Origin: Candidatus Poribacteria bacterium
GTDB lineage: Bacteria; Poribacteria; WGA-4E; WGA-3G
Direction of reading: 5' to 3'
Assembly (NCBI GenBank): GCA_965197475.1
Contig: CBDANF010000003.1
Location: 1,312,001-1,376,000 of the forward strand
DNA length: 64,000 nucleotides
In this document: positions 10,778 through 20,042 of the stretch, one piece after another
Layout: every line of letters starts with the position of its first letter
How positions within the stretch are numbered: the first letter of the stretch is position 1
Position numbers and translations under genes: made by a program
Notes under the pieces: generated by a model
Databases searched by the model: none
The model's input: the letters and a program-made list of their open reading frames with translations, nothing else
Told to the model about the DNA's origin: nothing

Positions 10778-11512
10778 TTACTTTGTGTCTACGACTCGAG
10801 GTCTTCCACCGATGGATGGCGGCAAAAGCATCCGTTTCTGTTGCTCAGTCAAGTCGTCGTATCTGCTAATATCGTAATAATTACCTGACCACGCAGAATG
10901 TCCCGGACTGTATTTATATAGCAACGCACGACGTTGATGCTCAGCTTTCCACAGCATCGTTCCGTGAACGAGTGCTTCAGTGAAAAACAAAACGTCCCCT
11001 GCTTCAAGGGCAGGTTGAACAACATAGTGTACTGGACGCGAAAAGTTACGAACTTCTGAAGGTATATCCCTCAAAAAGTTGCTTTTGTGGCTCCCCGGAA
11101 TGCATGCAAATCCCCCTGCGCCTTCAGGTGCATCCGCAAGGTTGTATGTCATCACACATAAACCATTACGCATGACACCGTCACGATATTTGTACCAGTG
11201 ATCGCCTTCGTTGCCTCCGGGGCGGCCTCCATCCTCACCACCGTGCAGTCCACCACGTCCCTCACCACCTTTCAAAAAAATGGGGTAATCGTGATCAAGT
11301 CGAACATTTGGACCCAACATCTCTACAAGATAGGGTAAAATCTTCGGATGATCAATGAGACGCTTAAAGGGTTCACCCCATAAACTCGGAGGTCCTTGCA
11401 TTCCACCTTTGTCAATAAAGGCGTTCATTTCAGCGACTTCATCATCAGCCAAAACGTTCTTAATTATCAGATAACCCTCAAGGTCTACCTTAAATTTTTC
11501 TTCACCTGTCAT
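10778..11512 (-). CDS. PhyH-family Fe(II)/2-oxoglutarate enzyme (tandem paralog 2)
   Basis: GGFACIPGSHKSN, AGDVLFFTEALVHG; 244 aa like its neighbour. Confidence 0.88.
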   Translation of the reverse strand: MTGEEKFKVDLEGYLIIKNVLADDEVAEMNAFIDKGGMQGPPSLWGEPFKRLIDHPKILPYLVEMLGPNVRLDHDYPIFLKGGEGRGGLHGGEDGGRPGGNEGDHWYKYRDGVMRNGLCVMTYNLADAPEGAGGFACIPGSHKSNFLRDIPSEVRNFSRPVHYVVQPALEAGDVLFFTEALVHGTMLWKAEHQRRALLYKYSPGHSAWSGNYYDISRYDDLTEQQKRMLLPPSIGGRPRVVDTK

Positions 11513-11604
11513 TATAGATAATCCTTTGTTTGGTTTAGTTTTGCTTTCCTACTATGATTGGCGAGGTTGAAAACCTCACCTACCAATTAAAGAACGGAAT
11601 TCCT

Positions 11605-12339
11605 TTAATTCGGGTCCACAACGCGGGGTCGTCTGCCGATAGACGGTGGCATCATCATCCGTTTCTGTTGCTCGGTCAACCCGTAGTATTCGCTGATGTC
11701 GTAATAATTGCCTGACCAAGCCGAGTGTCCTGGGCTATACTTATAGAGTAGCGCACGTCGTTGGTGTTCCGCCTGCCAAGGCATTGTGCCATGAATGAGT
11801 GCTTCCGTGAAAAACAGCACATCGCCCGCTTCAAGCGGTGGTTGCACGACGTAGTGTGCATGGCGTTCAAAGCTACGGACTTCTCTCGGAATTTCCGGTG
11901 CGAAGTTGCTTTTATGGCTTGCTGGAATACAAGCAAACCCGCCTGCACCTTCCGGCGCATCCGCCAAATTGTAGGTCATTACACACAACCCGTTTCGTAT
12001 GATACCGTCGCGATACTTATACCAGTGATCCCCCACATTTCCGCGTGCCTGACCACCATCTTCACCACCGTGCAATCCACCACGTTTCTCCCCGTTGTTC
12101 ATAATAATCGCATAGTCGTGATCTAAACGGGCATGCGGACCCAACAGTTCAATAAGGTATGGAAGTATTTTCGGATGGTCAATCAATCTCTTGAACGGTT
12201 CTCCCCAAAGACTTGGTCGTCTATCCATCTCACCTTTGTCAATAAAAGCATTCATCTCAGCGACCTCATCGTCGGCTAAAACGTTCTTAATAACGAGATA
12301 ACCTTCAAGGTCTACCTTAAATTTCTCTTCACCTGTCAT
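11605..12339 (-). CDS. PhyH-family Fe(II)/2-oxoglutarate enzyme (tandem paralog 1)
   Basis: Collinear and highly similar to 10778-11512. Confidence 0.88.
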   Translation of the reverse strand: MTGEEKFKVDLEGYLVIKNVLADDEVAEMNAFIDKGEMDRRPSLWGEPFKRLIDHPKILPYLIELLGPHARLDHDYAIIMNNGEKRGGLHGGEDGGQARGNVGDHWYKYRDGIIRNGLCVMTYNLADAPEGAGGFACIPASHKSNFAPEIPREVRSFERHAHYVVQPPLEAGDVLFFTEALIHGTMPWQAEHQRRALLYKYSPGHSAWSGNYYDISEYYGLTEQQKRMMMPPSIGRRPRVVDPN

Positions 12340-12686
12340 ACAGAAAACTCCTTCCTTTCAGAGACTGGTGATTTTCGATCGTGTGAAAATGATAACATAT
12401 CTGCTGAACAGATGTCAACTGAGAAACTTGACGACTCTCACATGTGATTAGGGTTATCTTTTAGATTGACGACTCAAGGTAGGATTTATTATCGGTAGGG
12501 AGGTATGTATTTGTCTGAATCGTGGATTTGCGTGGATTATAGGTATGAATAAAGCACCGCAAATTAAGAGAAAATATCAAGGTATTTTAGATTTTACTAT
12601 AAATTGAGATCAGCACTCCACTTTACCTCTCGCCTAATAAAAGTTGTATGATAAAACTTGTCAGCAGTTTAAACTGCGAATAGTGT

Positions 12687-13151
12687 TTAATAAAATATAA
12701 ACCAAAATAAAAAAGCGGCAGGTATAAGAATAAAGGCGATCTCTATTAAGTAGAAAATAACAAGCGTGACAGAAAAGATAGCAGCAATCCAACTACTTTT
12801 CGGTTTATTCATGTATTTACCAATATCCATATTAAAGTCAGTATCGTCTTGGTGTCTAACCGCATCATAGTGGTGTCGAAATAGGCGGTTTTGTCGGAGA
12901 AAGAATCCATCAAGAATCCAAAATCCCAAGATGAGAAAAATAACCACCGCAGCCGCCGCAAAGAAAATAGATTCATCCACGGCGGCACCTGGATTTTGGG
13001 AATCTGTGAAAACCAAATTGACAAGTAAAACCTGTGATGTGATGACGATTACTAGACTCCCACCTTTTACCAAAAAACTGTTGAGTCCCAGACGTTTGAT
13101 AACGGCTTGGATCATCTCCAGATGCTTTATAACTTTTTCGGTACCATTCAT
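12687..13151 (-). CDS. Small multi-TM hypothetical protein
   Basis: KHLEMIQAVI.RL..NSFL.KG N-terminus, FWILDGFFLRQ.RLFR..YD.VR, three hydrophobic segments. Confidence 0.7.
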   Translation of the reverse strand: MNGTEKVIKHLEMIQAVIKRLGLNSFLVKGGSLVIVITSQVLLVNLVFTDSQNPGAAVDESIFFAAAAVVIFLILGFWILDGFFLRQNRLFRHHYDAVRHQDDTDFNMDIGKYMNKPKSSWIAAIFSVTLVIFYLIEIAFILIPAAFLFWFIFY

Positions 13152-13384
13152 GAGTTTGTCGTCCTGTATACGGTAGCGGAATAACGAACTGTGATGTTTA
13201 GTTTCCCATTAGTTAGTATGCCGCAAATTGTCTGACCACAAAAATTCAAAACCAGTGTAATCCGAGATTCAGTCGATACAAAAATCCCACCAGCACCCGA
13301 ATCACGGACGGTCATAGATATTCTCCTCGACCAATCCGTGTTCAGACGCTCAATAAGGGCGAAATAAGTTGTTACGGGTGTGCT

Positions 13385-14422
13385 TTACTCTACAACCCAC
13401 GTGTCCCCAGCATTGAGGAGTGCTTCAAGATCGCCTTCACCTTGCTTCTCTTTAGCAAATGCAATCTGGTCAGCCATCATATCCTCATAGCAGTTATGCT
13501 GAACGCTTCGGAAGATACCGATAGGGTGGGGCATTTCAGGCATATCGCTCATACGGGCAAGGAAGTTTGCCAATGTGGTGTTCTCGGCATATTGATCATG
13601 CACAATAAGATCATCTGTACCGTTTGTAACGGTAGTGACTTCAGGTTGGAAGTTTTTTAAACTAATCCCTACTTCACCTTCTTTTCCGAAGAGAAGCGGT
13701 TCTCCGTGCTCAAGCCGCACTGTATTATCTGCTTTAGTAGACTTATCCGTATAAAGTTCAAAAGCTTTCGCGTTAAAGACATAACAGTCTTGATATATTT
13801 CGATAAAAGATGTGCCTTTATGCTCAAACGCGGCTTTAATTGTGGATTGCAGATGTGCAGAATCAGTGTCAAGTGAACGCGCCACAAAGGTCGCACCCGC
13901 AGCCAATGCAAGACTAATCGGATTAAAAGGGGTTTCAAGCGAACCGAACGGACTTGACTTTGTGTTTTTTCCCTGTTCAGAAGTAGGGGAGTATTGTCCT
14001 TTTGTAAGTCCGTAGATTCGGTTGTTGAAGAGAAGAACGTTGATATCAAAGTTACGTCGCATCAAATGTATAAAATGGTTTCCGCCGATAGAGAGTGCGT
14101 CTCCATCGCCAGTGATAACCCAAACCGATAGGTCAGGGTTTGCCATTTTCACACCGGAAGCGATGGTGGGTGCTCTGCCATGGATCGTATGAAACCCGTA
14201 GGTGTTCATATAATAAGGAAACCGACTCGAACATCCGATCCCTGAGATAAACACGATGTTCTCTTTGGGAACACCCAATTCCGGCATAATTCGTCGAGTC
14301 TGGGCAAGGATGGAGTAATCGCCACAACGTGGACACCACCGTACATCCTGGTCGGATTTAAAATCATTTGCGGTGAGGGTAGGCACCCCACTCGGAATGC
14401 CTGAAGATTTTTTATTTATCAT
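13385..14422 (-). CDS. korB: 2-oxoacid:ferredoxin oxidoreductase beta subunit
   Basis: WCP.CGD, SGIGCSSR, TPP-binding GDGD...NN.IYGLTKGQ.SPT. Confidence 0.93.
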   Translation of the reverse strand: MINKKSSGIPSGVPTLTANDFKSDQDVRWCPRCGDYSILAQTRRIMPELGVPKENIVFISGIGCSSRFPYYMNTYGFHTIHGRAPTIASGVKMANPDLSVWVITGDGDALSIGGNHFIHLMRRNFDINVLLFNNRIYGLTKGQYSPTSEQGKNTKSSPFGSLETPFNPISLALAAGATFVARSLDTDSAHLQSTIKAAFEHKGTSFIEIYQDCYVFNAKAFELYTDKSTKADNTVRLEHGEPLLFGKEGEVGISLKNFQPEVTTVTNGTDDLIVHDQYAENTTLANFLARMSDMPEMPHPIGIFRSVQHNCYEDMMADQIAFAKEKQGEGDLEALLNAGDTWVVE

Positions 14423-14504
14423 AAGTGTGCCTGCCTTTTTGCACATTAACAGAGACATTTTCAATGAAACAGTCAAAATTGTTTATGTCTAATCCTGGCA
14501 TATT

Positions 14505-16340
14505 TTAACGTTTAAGGTATGTTTCGATTTCAGATTCCAGTTCAAAAACATAGAAAGGTTGACCTTGAACTTTGTTAAATCCGACTGCATCAATGAGAAA
14601 TTTGCTCCGGATTAATTGACGAAGATGACCACTGTTTAATTCAGGTATTAAAACGGTCTTGAATCGACTAAGAATCTCGCCCAAGTCATTCGGAAATGGG
14701 TTCAGGTGACGTAAGTGCACATGACCTATCGCACTACCTTCTTCAAGTCTATTTTCAACAACAGTGCGGATAACTCCAAAAGTACCGCCCCATCCGAGTA
14801 CCAGCAGCCCACCTTCCTGTGCACCAAACACCTCAGTGTCGGGTATATCCTCAGCGATGCGCTTGACTTTTTCTGCTCTAATAAACACCATTTTCTCATG
14901 ATTTTCCGGATCGTAACTCACATTTCCTGTGATGTCAGACTTTTCCAAACCACCGATGCGGTGCTCAAGTCCCGGAGTGCCTGGCTTCGCCCAGGGTCTT
15001 GCAAGTGTCTCAGTATCTCTCAGGTAAGGTTCAAAACCATCTACATCGGTACGGAAATTAGGTTCAATTTTAGGTAGATCCGCAATATCTGGAATCAGCC
15101 ACGGTTCAGCACCAAGCGCGATATACAGTTCTGATAAGAAGATTACCGGAGTACGATATTTTACTGCAATTCGGCACGCCTCATAAACGGTCTCAAAACA
15201 GTCAGTGGGGCGGCAAGCCGCAAGGATAGGGACAGGAGATTCTCCATTCCTACCGTATAACATCTGCAATAGGTCTGTTTGTTCGGTTTTTGTTGGCATC
15301 CCTGTTGAAGGACCAGCTCTTTGGATATTACAGACAACGAGGGGTAACTCAGCAATCATAGCAAGATTAATGGCTTCAGATTTTAGGGCAAGACCTGGAC
15401 CACTACTACCAGTTACACCAAGTGCACCACTAAAAGCAGCACCGATTGCCACGCCAACAGCAGCAATTTCATCCTCCATCTGCATTGTCACAATACCAAA
15501 GTTGCGATAATTTGCTAAACCGTGAAGGATGTCACTGGCAGGTGTAATCGGATAGCTGCCATAAACCAACTGTAACCCAGATTGGCGCGCGGCAGCAACG
15601 AGACCGAGAACAGTCGATGTATTACCTTCAATATTTCTGTATTTTCCGGGGGCAAATTTTGCGGATTTCACCTCATAAGAGGTTACAAATTGTTCAGTCA
15701 TATCGCAATAGTTATTCCCTGCCCGGAGTGCTAAGATATTCGGTTCCAGGAATTCCGTTTTTCTGGTAGCGAACTTAGTCTTAATCCATCTTATTGTATA
15801 TTCCATGGGGCGGTTGTATAACCAGAGGATCATGCCGAGTGCAAAAAAGTTTTTACATTTATCTTGTTCGCTGTAACTGAGACTGGTGTTTTCAAGTACT
15901 TTTCGAGTGAGGCGTGTCAATTCAACAGGAAAAACTTGATACTTGGTTAGTGATTCGTCCTCAAGTGGATTTTCGGTATAACCCGCAAGTCGTAGGTTTT
16001 TAGATGAAAAGTTGTCAGAATTGACAATGAGTATTCCGTTATTTTTTAATTTATTGAGATGGACTTTTAATGCAGCGGGATTCATCGCTACAAGCACGTC
16101 ACAGACATCACCGGGAGTGTGAATGGTTTCGCTGGAGAACTGTAATTGGAAGCCAGAGACCCCAGCAAGCGAACCAGCAGGGGCTTGAATTTCAGCGGGG
16201 TAATCGGGCAGCGTGGCGACATCGTTCCCGATAATAGCGGAGGTTTCTGTCATTTGCGTTCCGATTGTTTGGGAACCGTCGCCGGAGTCCCCAGCAAACA
16301 GAACTGTTGCCGTCTGAATTTGCTCTACTTGCTTACGCAT
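14505..16340 (-). CDS. korA: 2-oxoacid:ferredoxin oxidoreductase alpha subunit (gamma-alpha fusion)
   Basis: AGDSGDG, YPITPAS, QMEDEIAA, SSGPG.ALK.E, QRAGPSTGMPTKTEQ. Confidence 0.95.
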   Translation of the reverse strand: MRKQVEQIQTATVLFAGDSGDGSQTIGTQMTETSAIIGNDVATLPDYPAEIQAPAGSLAGVSGFQLQFSSETIHTPGDVCDVLVAMNPAALKVHLNKLKNNGILIVNSDNFSSKNLRLAGYTENPLEDESLTKYQVFPVELTRLTRKVLENTSLSYSEQDKCKNFFALGMILWLYNRPMEYTIRWIKTKFATRKTEFLEPNILALRAGNNYCDMTEQFVTSYEVKSAKFAPGKYRNIEGNTSTVLGLVAAARQSGLQLVYGSYPITPASDILHGLANYRNFGIVTMQMEDEIAAVGVAIGAAFSGALGVTGSSGPGLALKSEAINLAMIAELPLVVCNIQRAGPSTGMPTKTEQTDLLQMLYGRNGESPVPILAACRPTDCFETVYEACRIAVKYRTPVIFLSELYIALGAEPWLIPDIADLPKIEPNFRTDVDGFEPYLRDTETLARPWAKPGTPGLEHRIGGLEKSDITGNVSYDPENHEKMVFIRAEKVKRIAEDIPDTEVFGAQEGGLLVLGWGGTFGVIRTVVENRLEEGSAIGHVHLRHLNPFPNDLGEILSRFKTVLIPELNSGHLRQLIRSKFLIDAVGFNKVQGQPFYVFELESEIETYLKR

Positions 16341-16417
16341 CAGTGTTCAGCCTTTTTATATGCTATTTAGTAGGGGTGAGACCTCAGAGTCCACCTATAA
16401 AAGACCTCGTCCATGTG

Positions 16418-16957
16418 TTATGCTCCTTCTCGTGCTTTCAACGCATCTCGTATTGGGTTAGGGGGCAATGTCAATACTTCTTGTGGGAAATATTCAACGA
16501 GATAAGAGATAACATCTCGAATTGACACCATGCCAATAGGGTGCTGCTGCTCATCAACAATGGGCAAGTGTCGAAAACCGCCTCGTGCCATATACAACAC
16601 AGCTGTATCCAACATATCTTCGGGGCTTGCTGTTTGTGGGTCAGCTTTCATGAATTGCGTAACAGGAATTTGCGTTAGATCGCCTACCTGTTTGTTTAAG
16701 ACTTTGCGTAACACGTCACGTTCGCCAAAAATACCACGAAGAACCCCATCATCCACAACAGATGCAGCACCGATATGATGTTCAATTAGCAAATCGATAG
16801 CGTCCTGCGTGCTTGCTGAAACGTCAATCGTCACACAAGACCGCATCAAATGTCGAAGTGGTACCTGAATTTCACGCACTTCCAATACTTTATGAGATGC
16901 CTCCGCATTTTTATCCATATACGCTAATTCTTCATCAATTGCACTGTCGTAAAGCAT
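16418..16957 (-). CDS. CBS-domain pair protein
   Basis: GIFGERDVL, FRHLPIVD...GMVSIRD. Confidence 0.88.
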   Translation of the reverse strand: MLYDSAIDEELAYMDKNAEASHKVLEVREIQVPLRHLMRSCVTIDVSASTQDAIDLLIEHHIGAASVVDDGVLRGIFGERDVLRKVLNKQVGDLTQIPVTQFMKADPQTASPEDMLDTAVLYMARGGFRHLPIVDEQQHPIGMVSIRDVISYLVEYFPQEVLTLPPNPIRDALKAREGA

Positions 16958-16959
16958 GG

Positions 16960-17397
16960 TTATGCGCCTCCTTCCTGATTCTCAATAAATATAGCAACGT
17001 GGTCTAAAATATCTCGTGTTGAAATCAATCCGATCGGAAACTCCTGGTGCTGGTCATCCCATATACAGAGTGGAACATGTCGAAAATGTCCGAGGTGCAT
17101 TATGTTCAAAGCGAAGGCAATCGGGTCGCTGGCACGCAACGATTCGGGGTTCACCGACATTATTTCTTCAACGTGAACAGTTTCAGGGTCTAACCTTTTT
17201 CCACACACATGAACGAGCAGGTCACGCTCAGTGAGAATCCCGACTAATCGTTGTTCACTGTCAATAACAAGGATACATCCGAAGCCCTCTACTTGCATGA
17301 TGTCAATGACATCTGAGACCGGAGAACCAACTTGCACGGTGGCAGGTTGCTTGTAATCTAACGTGCTAATCGGTAGAGATAACGTTCTCGCGTCCAC
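16960..17397 (-). CDS. CBS-domain pair protein
   Basis: VGILTERDL, FRHVP, GLISTRDI; ends 2 nt before next gene. Confidence 0.88.
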   Translation of the reverse strand: MDARTLSLPISTLDYKQPATVQVGSPVSDVIDIMQVEGFGCILVIDSEQRLVGILTERDLLVHVCGKRLDPETVHVEEIMSVNPESLRASDPIAFALNIMHLGHFRHVPLCIWDDQHQEFPIGLISTRDILDHVAIFIENQEGGA

Positions 17398-17782
17398 TGT
17401 ATAGGCTCCTTGATGTTAACGTCAAAAAACGAGGTTGGGTTTCTTACTGTCCCTTTTTAAAGGATACTATATTTGGGATGAATTTGCAAGAATATTTTGC
17501 TATGGGAATTATTAATCTTGCATCTCTTTTTTGGATATGCTATACTGTTGTCAAAAAAGTTAACAGTTGCTCATGGGTGGCATGGTTTAAAGACTTGAGC
17601 AAATGTTACTCCCGTGGTCAGATTAAAAATTGAGTTGATTTCTTAATTGTGCATTTGTTATAATGTTCCAAACTTGACAAATAGTAATTTAATTTGGTGG
17701 TAATTAACCTTCGGAATAAGTAGTTTCGGACATTAGATTTCTCATTTTTTTCTCCACTTTTTTCAAAATTCCCACCTTTAAC

Positions 17783-17966
17783 TTGACATTCCCCTTCTTA
17801 AAATTGTAGAATTCTTAACAGACCAAACTATAACACCATTGGACTATGGGTATCCCATATCTAATGTAAGTTAGGTGTTATGGTTTGGTCACCAGGGATG
17901 CCCACTTCTTTTGTGGAGAAGTTGGGATTTACTGGATGACCAAACCTACAATTTAAGGGGTACAAT
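17783..17966 (+). promoter_or_regulatory. Sigma70-like promoter and structured switch-like leader of the IS passenger genes
   Basis: TTGACA-18-TAGAAT; 17821-17837 pairs with 17874-17890, or alternatively 17882-17895 pairs with 17932-17946. Confidence 0.65.
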
Positions 17967-18254
17967 ATGATAATTTTCAGTGTCTTTGTTATCATCGTAG
18001 TATTTTTTATGGTAACACATCTTCGAGCTGACAAAGAAAAGATGGATCAATCAAGCGATGAACATACTAAAAAGATGTGGAAAATGTATGTTAATGCTAT
18101 TGAAAACGAACATTTCCTGTATCCACTCACTTCAGATTTAAGAAATTGGGTTCTTTCCAATCAAGAATTCGGGTGGACTACCCTCGACACTTCAATGCCA
18201 AAAGAAATCCGACATCAGTTTGGCGTGTTTATAATCGAACATGCCAACAAATAG
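17967..18254 (+). CDS. IS passenger: hypothetical protein with N-terminal TM helix
   Basis: AAGGGG RBS; hydrophobic N-terminus; 95 aa. Confidence 0.6.
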   Translation: MIIFSVFVIIVVFFMVTHLRADKEKMDQSSDEHTKKMWKMYVNAIENEHFLYPLTSDLRNWVLSNQEFGWTTLDTSMPKEIRHQFGVFIIEHANK

Positions 18255-18265
18255 GGAAGAAAACC

Positions 18266-18550
18266 ATGAAATCCACCAGACAAGCAGCTGAGTTAATCCG
18301 ACTTAGCCTCAATGAATTCAGAACAGGTAATTTTGTTGATGCCCTCGCTTATGTAGAAACAGCATTAGAAATTAACCCCAAAGATGTCCGTGCCTTACAG
18401 ATTCGACCACTTTGTAAATGCTGTTTGATCGTTGAAAGCGGTGCAATTCCACCAAATCTCCAAACTGATATACAAAATATCATCTCAGATTTAAAAGTAT
18501 CAATAGAAACTTTAGACGATATGATTAGGGTTGCTCGGACGAACACTTAA
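18266..18550 (+). CDS. IS passenger: small TPR-like protein
   Basis: GNFVDALAYVETALEINPKD resembles a TPR helix pair; ATG 11 nt after the previous stop. Confidence 0.6.
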   Translation: MKSTRQAAELIRLSLNEFRTGNFVDALAYVETALEINPKDVRALQIRPLCKCCLIVESGAIPPNLQTDIQNIISDLKVSIETLDDMIRVARTNT

Positions 18551-18692
18551 TTTTTTCGGATATATTCCCTAAATCTTCCATTCCATATTGCTTTAATTGG
18601 TTCAATAGGTCTACCATCTGTTTTTTTTTACAGGTAGGCGGGCCTTTTTGTTTCCACATTCTTGGCAGACTTGTTTTTCTTTAGTCATTTTT

Positions 18693-19574
18693 TCACCTCA
18701 TACTTTCATTAACAAATTTCCAGAATATGCTATCCACATTCCGGTAGTTATATTTATAGCAAGCCTCAGCCACATATAGCGGGATATACCCAGTAGAGTA
18801 GTGGTGATGCTGTCCATACCATGCGCGTTTCAACAACGCCCAAAAACCTTCAATAGTGTTCGTGTGGGTATCCCCATCAGCGAACTGTTCTTTGTGATTG
18901 ATAACCCGATGTTTTATCTGCTTTCCGATCTCATTGTAAGCAGCATATTCATCGGTTATCAGTTCGGATTCATCTATTTTGACAGCATCCCGAATAAACG
19001 CCAGGATACCCCTTCCCGTTAAATCATCAGCAAGTTTAGCTACTACCTTACCTCCACGCTCAACTGCGCCAAGAATAGCGGATTTTGATGTTCCCCTTCC
19101 TCTTTTGGCGGGTTCATCGTCCTCGCGCTTGTTCTTTTTCCGAGGTTTGCCTCCTATATAAGTCTCATCTGCCTCAATAATACCCTTCAGCAGAGTTTGA
19201 CCTTTAGTAGCCATTTCAGCACGAATGCGTTGCATCATAAACCAAGCCGTCTTCTGATTCAGGTCTAAATCACGACTCAACTGATAACTGGACAAGCTCT
19301 TCTTTGCGTTTCCCATTAGTGAAATAGCCAGAAACCACTTTTGAAGTGCGATCTTAGCCCCGTGAAACACTGTGCCTTGAGTAACCTTGAAGGTTGCCTT
19401 ACAACCATTACAATTCCAACGACCAATCCGACCAGTTGCCGTCTCATTACGCCTGAAAACATCGGTAATCCCACAATGTGAGCAATGAGGCTTACCTTTC
19501 CATCGTATCTTCTCAAGATACTCAATACAGGATGACTGGTCTGGGAATCTCTCCATAACCTTGATTAAATCCAT
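18693..19574 (-). CDS. IS1595-family (ISXO2-like) transposase
   Basis: Zn ribbon CSHC/CNGC, EADETYIGG, LITDE..AY, NH, HTNTIEGFWALLKR; AGGAG RBS before ATG 19574. Confidence 0.95.
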   Translation of the reverse strand: MDLIKVMERFPDQSSCIEYLEKIRWKGKPHCSHCGITDVFRRNETATGRIGRWNCNGCKATFKVTQGTVFHGAKIALQKWFLAISLMGNAKKSLSSYQLSRDLDLNQKTAWFMMQRIRAEMATKGQTLLKGIIEADETYIGGKPRKKNKREDDEPAKRGRGTSKSAILGAVERGGKVVAKLADDLTGRGILAFIRDAVKIDESELITDEYAAYNEIGKQIKHRVINHKEQFADGDTHTNTIEGFWALLKRAWYGQHHHYSTGYIPLYVAEACYKYNYRNVDSIFWKFVNESMR

Positions 19575-19601
19575 CAGAATACTCCTATATGTCAAAAGGA
19601 G

Positions 19602-19718
19602 TTGCTTTATTCTGAAAGATTGTGCTATACTATCTTAATATGATATAGATAAGATAGAACTTAGAAAAAGCAACTCCGCTTTTTCGGTTCAATAGGGGGT
19701 GTCCGCCCCCTATTTTCT
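19602..19718 (+). ncRNA. Putative antisense RNA to the transposase leader (promoter plus ~80-nt transcript)
   Basis: TTGCTT-18-TATACT with extended -10 TG; terminator-like hairpin AATAGGGGG..CCCCCTATT followed by T-run. Confidence 0.55.
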
Positions 19719-19725
19719 TGCCTAT

Positions 19726-19754
19726 ATTATACCATTTCTTACCATTTAAATCAA
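19726..19754 (-). promoter_or_regulatory. Transposase promoter
   Basis: TTGATT-17-TATAAT with TG extension on the minus strand; conserved in copy 2. Confidence 0.7.
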
Positions 19755-19829
19755 GGAAAAAGTCAATAACCATCTACATTTACAGCACTTTTCTACTTTT
19801 TCTTGATTAACTTCCTTTTTAATGCTTTA

Positions 19830-19881
19830 ATTGTTAAGCGATTGTTAAGCGATTGTTAATCGATTGTTAAGCGATTGTTAG
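19830..19881. repeat. 11-bp tandem repeat (ATTGTTAAGCG)x4 plus a partial unit
   Basis: Read directly; five units in copy 2. Confidence 0.95.
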
Positions 19882-19919
19882 ACCACCTCTTTTAACTCAA
19901 ATAAAAGGAGGTGATAGTT

Positions 19920-20042
19920 ATGTATAACCAAAATAATCAGTTCCTGCTCAACGAAATAAAAGCAGGATAAAACGTGATAGAATCGCGTTTAATTATGATG
20001 ATTATTGAAAATTATCTACTTAAGATTAAACACAATCTATAA
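19920..20042 (+). pseudogene. 40-codon ORF inside the IS end with a premature TAA at 19968 (intact in copy 2)
   Basis: Strong AGGAGGTG SD; copy 2 has CAA at this codon. Confidence 0.5.

Noticed and set aside
18548-18688. Short CxxC ORF after the transposase (MTKEKQVCQECG...) with GAGGTG RBS
   Set aside because: Stops after 25 codons unless the A9 tract is A8; too short to call without homologs
19830-19881. CRISPR-like array
   Set aside because: Units are 11 bp, contiguous and without spacers; no cas genes
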